From: a candidate division WOR-3 bacterium | Lineage (GTDB): Bacteria; Hydrothermota; Hydrothermia; LBFQ01 | Assembly: GCA_039802605.1 (NCBI GenBank) | Contig: JBDRWW010000004.1 | Coordinates: 56,566-120,565, forward strand | Reading direction: 5' to 3' | Length of the DNA: 64,000 nt | Part shown: positions 61,716 to 64,000 of the stretch, piece after piece | Numbering within the stretch: position 1 is the first letter of the stretch | How the letters are laid out: every line of letters begins with the position of its first letter | Notes under the pieces: generated by a model | Told to the model about the DNA's origin: nothing | The model's database searches: none | The model's input: only the letters and a program-made list of their open reading frames with translations | Program-made: the position numbers and the translations under genes

Positions 61716-63241
61716 TTTTTCGTAAATAAATCGTTTGTATTTTTGACTTTTGAAAGGACGGTGAGAGCCTTTTGGAATACGGGGTCATATTTGAGGAAAA
61801 TTATATACCTCCCCATTTCACCAAAATACTGGTATGCTATTTCCATTAATAGAACCCTCTTAAAATCTTCTTTGGCCTCTTCAAACACGCACTCGTTGAA
61901 ATCCAAACCCGCGGAGCGTAAAGCATTTTCAAAGCTCTTTAAATCCACATCCGTAAGGTTTAAATCGTAAGGGGATTGCGGCTTCTTATGCGTGGTGGTG
62001 TATTTTGTAGCCCATTCGGATATTAACCCCTTTGCTTCCGCCTTCTGTACCAAACTGTGAAGGGGTTTTGGTTCAACAAATATGTCCGGTGATATTCCTC
62101 CACCTCCCTTTATGGGCCTTTTAAGCCTTTTTGTGAAATATGTGCCGGTGTCCCTTTCAATGGAACCGAGTTTCCCCTTATGAATGGACCTTCCAGAAGG
62201 GGTAAAATAACGGGCTATTGTAAGCCTTAAAGCGTAATCGTATGGTAGGGGTAATACCCTCTGAACGGATCCTTTACCGAATGTTGTATCGCCTATGATT
62301 AACCCCCTATCCCAATCCTGTATAGCGCCGGCCACTATTTCGGATGCACTTGCGGAACCGTCATCAACCAAAACGACAACGGGCATGTCCTCCGGAACTA
62401 TGCTGTGCCCCTGACTGAAAAACTTCTCCTTTGAATCCGGTGTTTTTCCATCGGTATAGACTATTAACTTTCCATCGCCTAAGAAAAATCCCCCTATCTC
62501 AAAGGCCTCTCTCAGATACCCCCCTGGATTACCTCTAAGGTCAAGGACAATCTTCTTTGCCCCTTTGTTTAACAGTTCTTCCAAGGCCTCCTTTACCCTA
62601 TCGCTTGCGTCCTCTTGAAAGGAGTTTAGTTTAATATAACCCACATCGTCTTTGACTATTCCATAAAACGGAACAGCCTTCAAAACTATCTTGTCCCTTA
62701 TAATTGTGAAAGATAAGGTATCGTTTATGGCCGGCCTATAAACCGTTACCTTTACCTTTGTCCCCTTAGGCCCCCTCAACCTGTTGGATACCTCCTCCAC
62801 ATCAAGACCCAAGGCGGAAGAGTCGTTTATCCTTATTATCCTATCACCGGGCTTTAATCCCGCCTTCCAAGCCGGTGTCCCTTCAAATGGTGCTATTACT
62901 ACGACATATCCCTCCCTCTGCCCTATCTGCATTCCAACACCCTCATAGCTACCTTCCGTGCTCTCGTAAAGCCTTTTCTTTTCTTCCGGGGTTAAAAAGG
63001 CGGAATGGGGGTCAAGGGATGAGACCATCCCCTTAATGGCGTTTTCCAAAAGTTTGGACTTATCCTCATCAACAACATAATATCTCGTTATGTAGTTTAT
63101 AACCTGTATCATAAGGTCTGCCATTTGGGAAAATGATACCTCCGGTTTTTTCTCCTGGGCAAAACCCTTTAAGGCATAACCAAAGGTTATACCCAATATA
63201 AAGACGCTACCAAAGGCGAAAATCCTCAATATTCTCTGCAT
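61712..63241 (-). CDS. ctpA: Carboxyl-terminal processing protease (S41A)
   Basis: LDPHS, PDZ GVGM, DLRGNPGG, SASASEIVAG, TFGKGSVQ, YFTPSG; start moved to ATG 63241. Confidence 0.92.
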   Translation of the reverse strand: MQRILRIFAFGSVFILGITFGYALKGFAQEKKPEVSFSQMADLMIQVINYITRYYVVDEDKSKLLENAIKGMVSSLDPHSAFLTPEEKKRLYESTEGSYEGVGMQIGQREGYVVVIAPFEGTPAWKAGLKPGDRIIRINDSSALGLDVEEVSNRLRGPKGTKVKVTVYRPAINDTLSFTIIRDKIVLKAVPFYGIVKDDVGYIKLNSFQEDASDRVKEALEELLNKGAKKIVLDLRGNPGGYLREAFEIGGFFLGDGKLIVYTDGKTPDSKEKFFSQGHSIVPEDMPVVVLVDDGSASASEIVAGAIQDWDRGLIIGDTTFGKGSVQRVLPLPYDYALRLTIARYFTPSGRSIHKGKLGSIERDTGTYFTKRLKRPIKGGGGISPDIFVEPKPLHSLVQKAEAKGLISEWATKYTTTHKKPQSPYDLNLTDVDLKSFENALRSAGLDFNECVFEEAKEDFKRVLLMEIAYQYFGEMGRYIIFLKYDPVFQKALTVLSKVKNTNDLFTKK

Positions 63242-63328
63242 ATGAAACGGAGATTTTACGGTTGATTGGTTTTTGTCTATATACACAGAAAGCGCCCTAG
63301 GATTAAGCGTATCTGGGATTTTTTAGGT

Positions 63329-64000
63329 TTAAAACACCCCCTTAAATTCCTCAACCTTATCGCCTATCCTAACTTTCAGGATATATGCGCCTCTTTTAAC
63401 ATCCAACTTAAACCTATGCCTTCCAGCTGGTAGATACCCAAAACCAAACCTCTTTACAAGCCTACCGCTTGTGGTATATACATTTATGCCAACATAAGAG
63501 GACTTTTGTAGGGTTATGAGTATTTCGTTTTTATCAAAGGTTATAAACTCTCTCTGTGGAGGTGCAAAATTCTCGGTTATTACCGTAAATAAAGGATCAA
63601 GTCTGCTCACAAAGGCATCAGGAGAACCGGTAGTACCGAAGACATTTCTACTAGGTGCAAAGTTTGAGGAATTACCAGTATATCCCGCAACAAAAACATT
63701 GCCACTTCCATCTATCGCTAAGGAACGAGCCTCATCATAACCACTTGAAGCCAGTATAGCCGTTAAAACTGGGTCTATAACAAGGGTTTCTTTTTTGTCA
63801 TACCTTCCAACTTCAAAGGATAGGTATTTACCCTCAACCTTTGCCCTTACCTCAACCCCATCCGCACCTTGATATGCCTTTATCTCGCTTAACTTTACAA
63901 CTTCTTTTTCACCCTCAACCACATATATCCCATCTTCCTTAACCTTCAACTCCCCTTCAACTTTAACCCTTATGTCCTTAACATTGCCACCAGGCTTTAC
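63329..64000 (-). CDS. SBBP-repeat secreted protein with T9SS-like CTD, 5'-truncated by the window edge
   Basis: Frame open to 64000 (VKPGGNVKDIR..); KAYQG, LVIDP, a single SBBP repeat, CTD VYTTSGRLV..GYLPAGRH..GAYILKV. Confidence 0.8.
   Translation of the reverse strand, partial: VKPGGNVKDIRVKVEGELKVKEDGIYVVEGEKEVVKLSEIKAYQGADGVEVRAKVEGKYLSFEVGRYDKKETLVIDPVLTAILASSGYDEARSLAIDGSGNVFVAGYTGNSSNFAPSRNVFGTTGSPDAFVSRLDPLFTVITENFAPPQREFITFDKNEILITLQKSSYVGINVYTTSGRLVKRFGFGYLPAGRHRFKLDVKRGAYILKVRIGDKVEEFKGVF

Noticed and set aside
6397..63740. Numerous 60-160 aa ORFs antisense to or nested in well-supported genes
   Set aside because: Shadow ORFs with no motifs and no start signals
1..64000. CRISPR array, DGR, rRNA, riboswitch or T-box
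   Set aside because: No regularly spaced repeats, no reverse transcriptase, and intergenic gaps are too short for structured leaders

Overview
Very compact bacterial chromosome segment of about 65 genes. The K/E-rich housekeeping proteins and diderm envelope genes (LolC/E, LptF/G, RfaE2, SurA/PpiD-like) suggest a thermophilic Gram-negative lineage, possibly a WOR-3/FCB-type candidate phylum (inference only). Most of the window is housekeeping genes in scrambled order: trpS, thrS, pheT, pnp-rpsO, yebC-ruvC-ruvA, fumC, tsaC, trmB, folC, recR, fadD, dacA-cdaR, rny, rseP, ctpA, queD and queE apart, nuoC and nuoH isolated. There is one tRNA-Arg(CCG). Notable structure read from the sequence: (1) about 22 transcription-unit-first genes have a TAnAAT -10 box 7-11 nt before the start codon, often preceded by CAACCT/CAACTT and with no SD, which points to a leaderless expression architecture; (2) fadD starts 3 nt after a CCA-less tRNA, suggesting tRNA-punctuated mRNA maturation; (3) five proteins carry T9SS-like C-terminal sorting domains (one degraded), three of them with only a 7-9 residue hydrophobic N-terminus; (4) an AT-rich, Asn/Gln-rich island at the left edge encodes a Upf1/Dna2-like SF1 helicase; (5) several accessory genes are decaying by serial short deletions, and one secreted hydrolase gene is frameshifted at a (GAAA)5 repeat. 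No CRISPR array, rRNA or intact transposase was seen.
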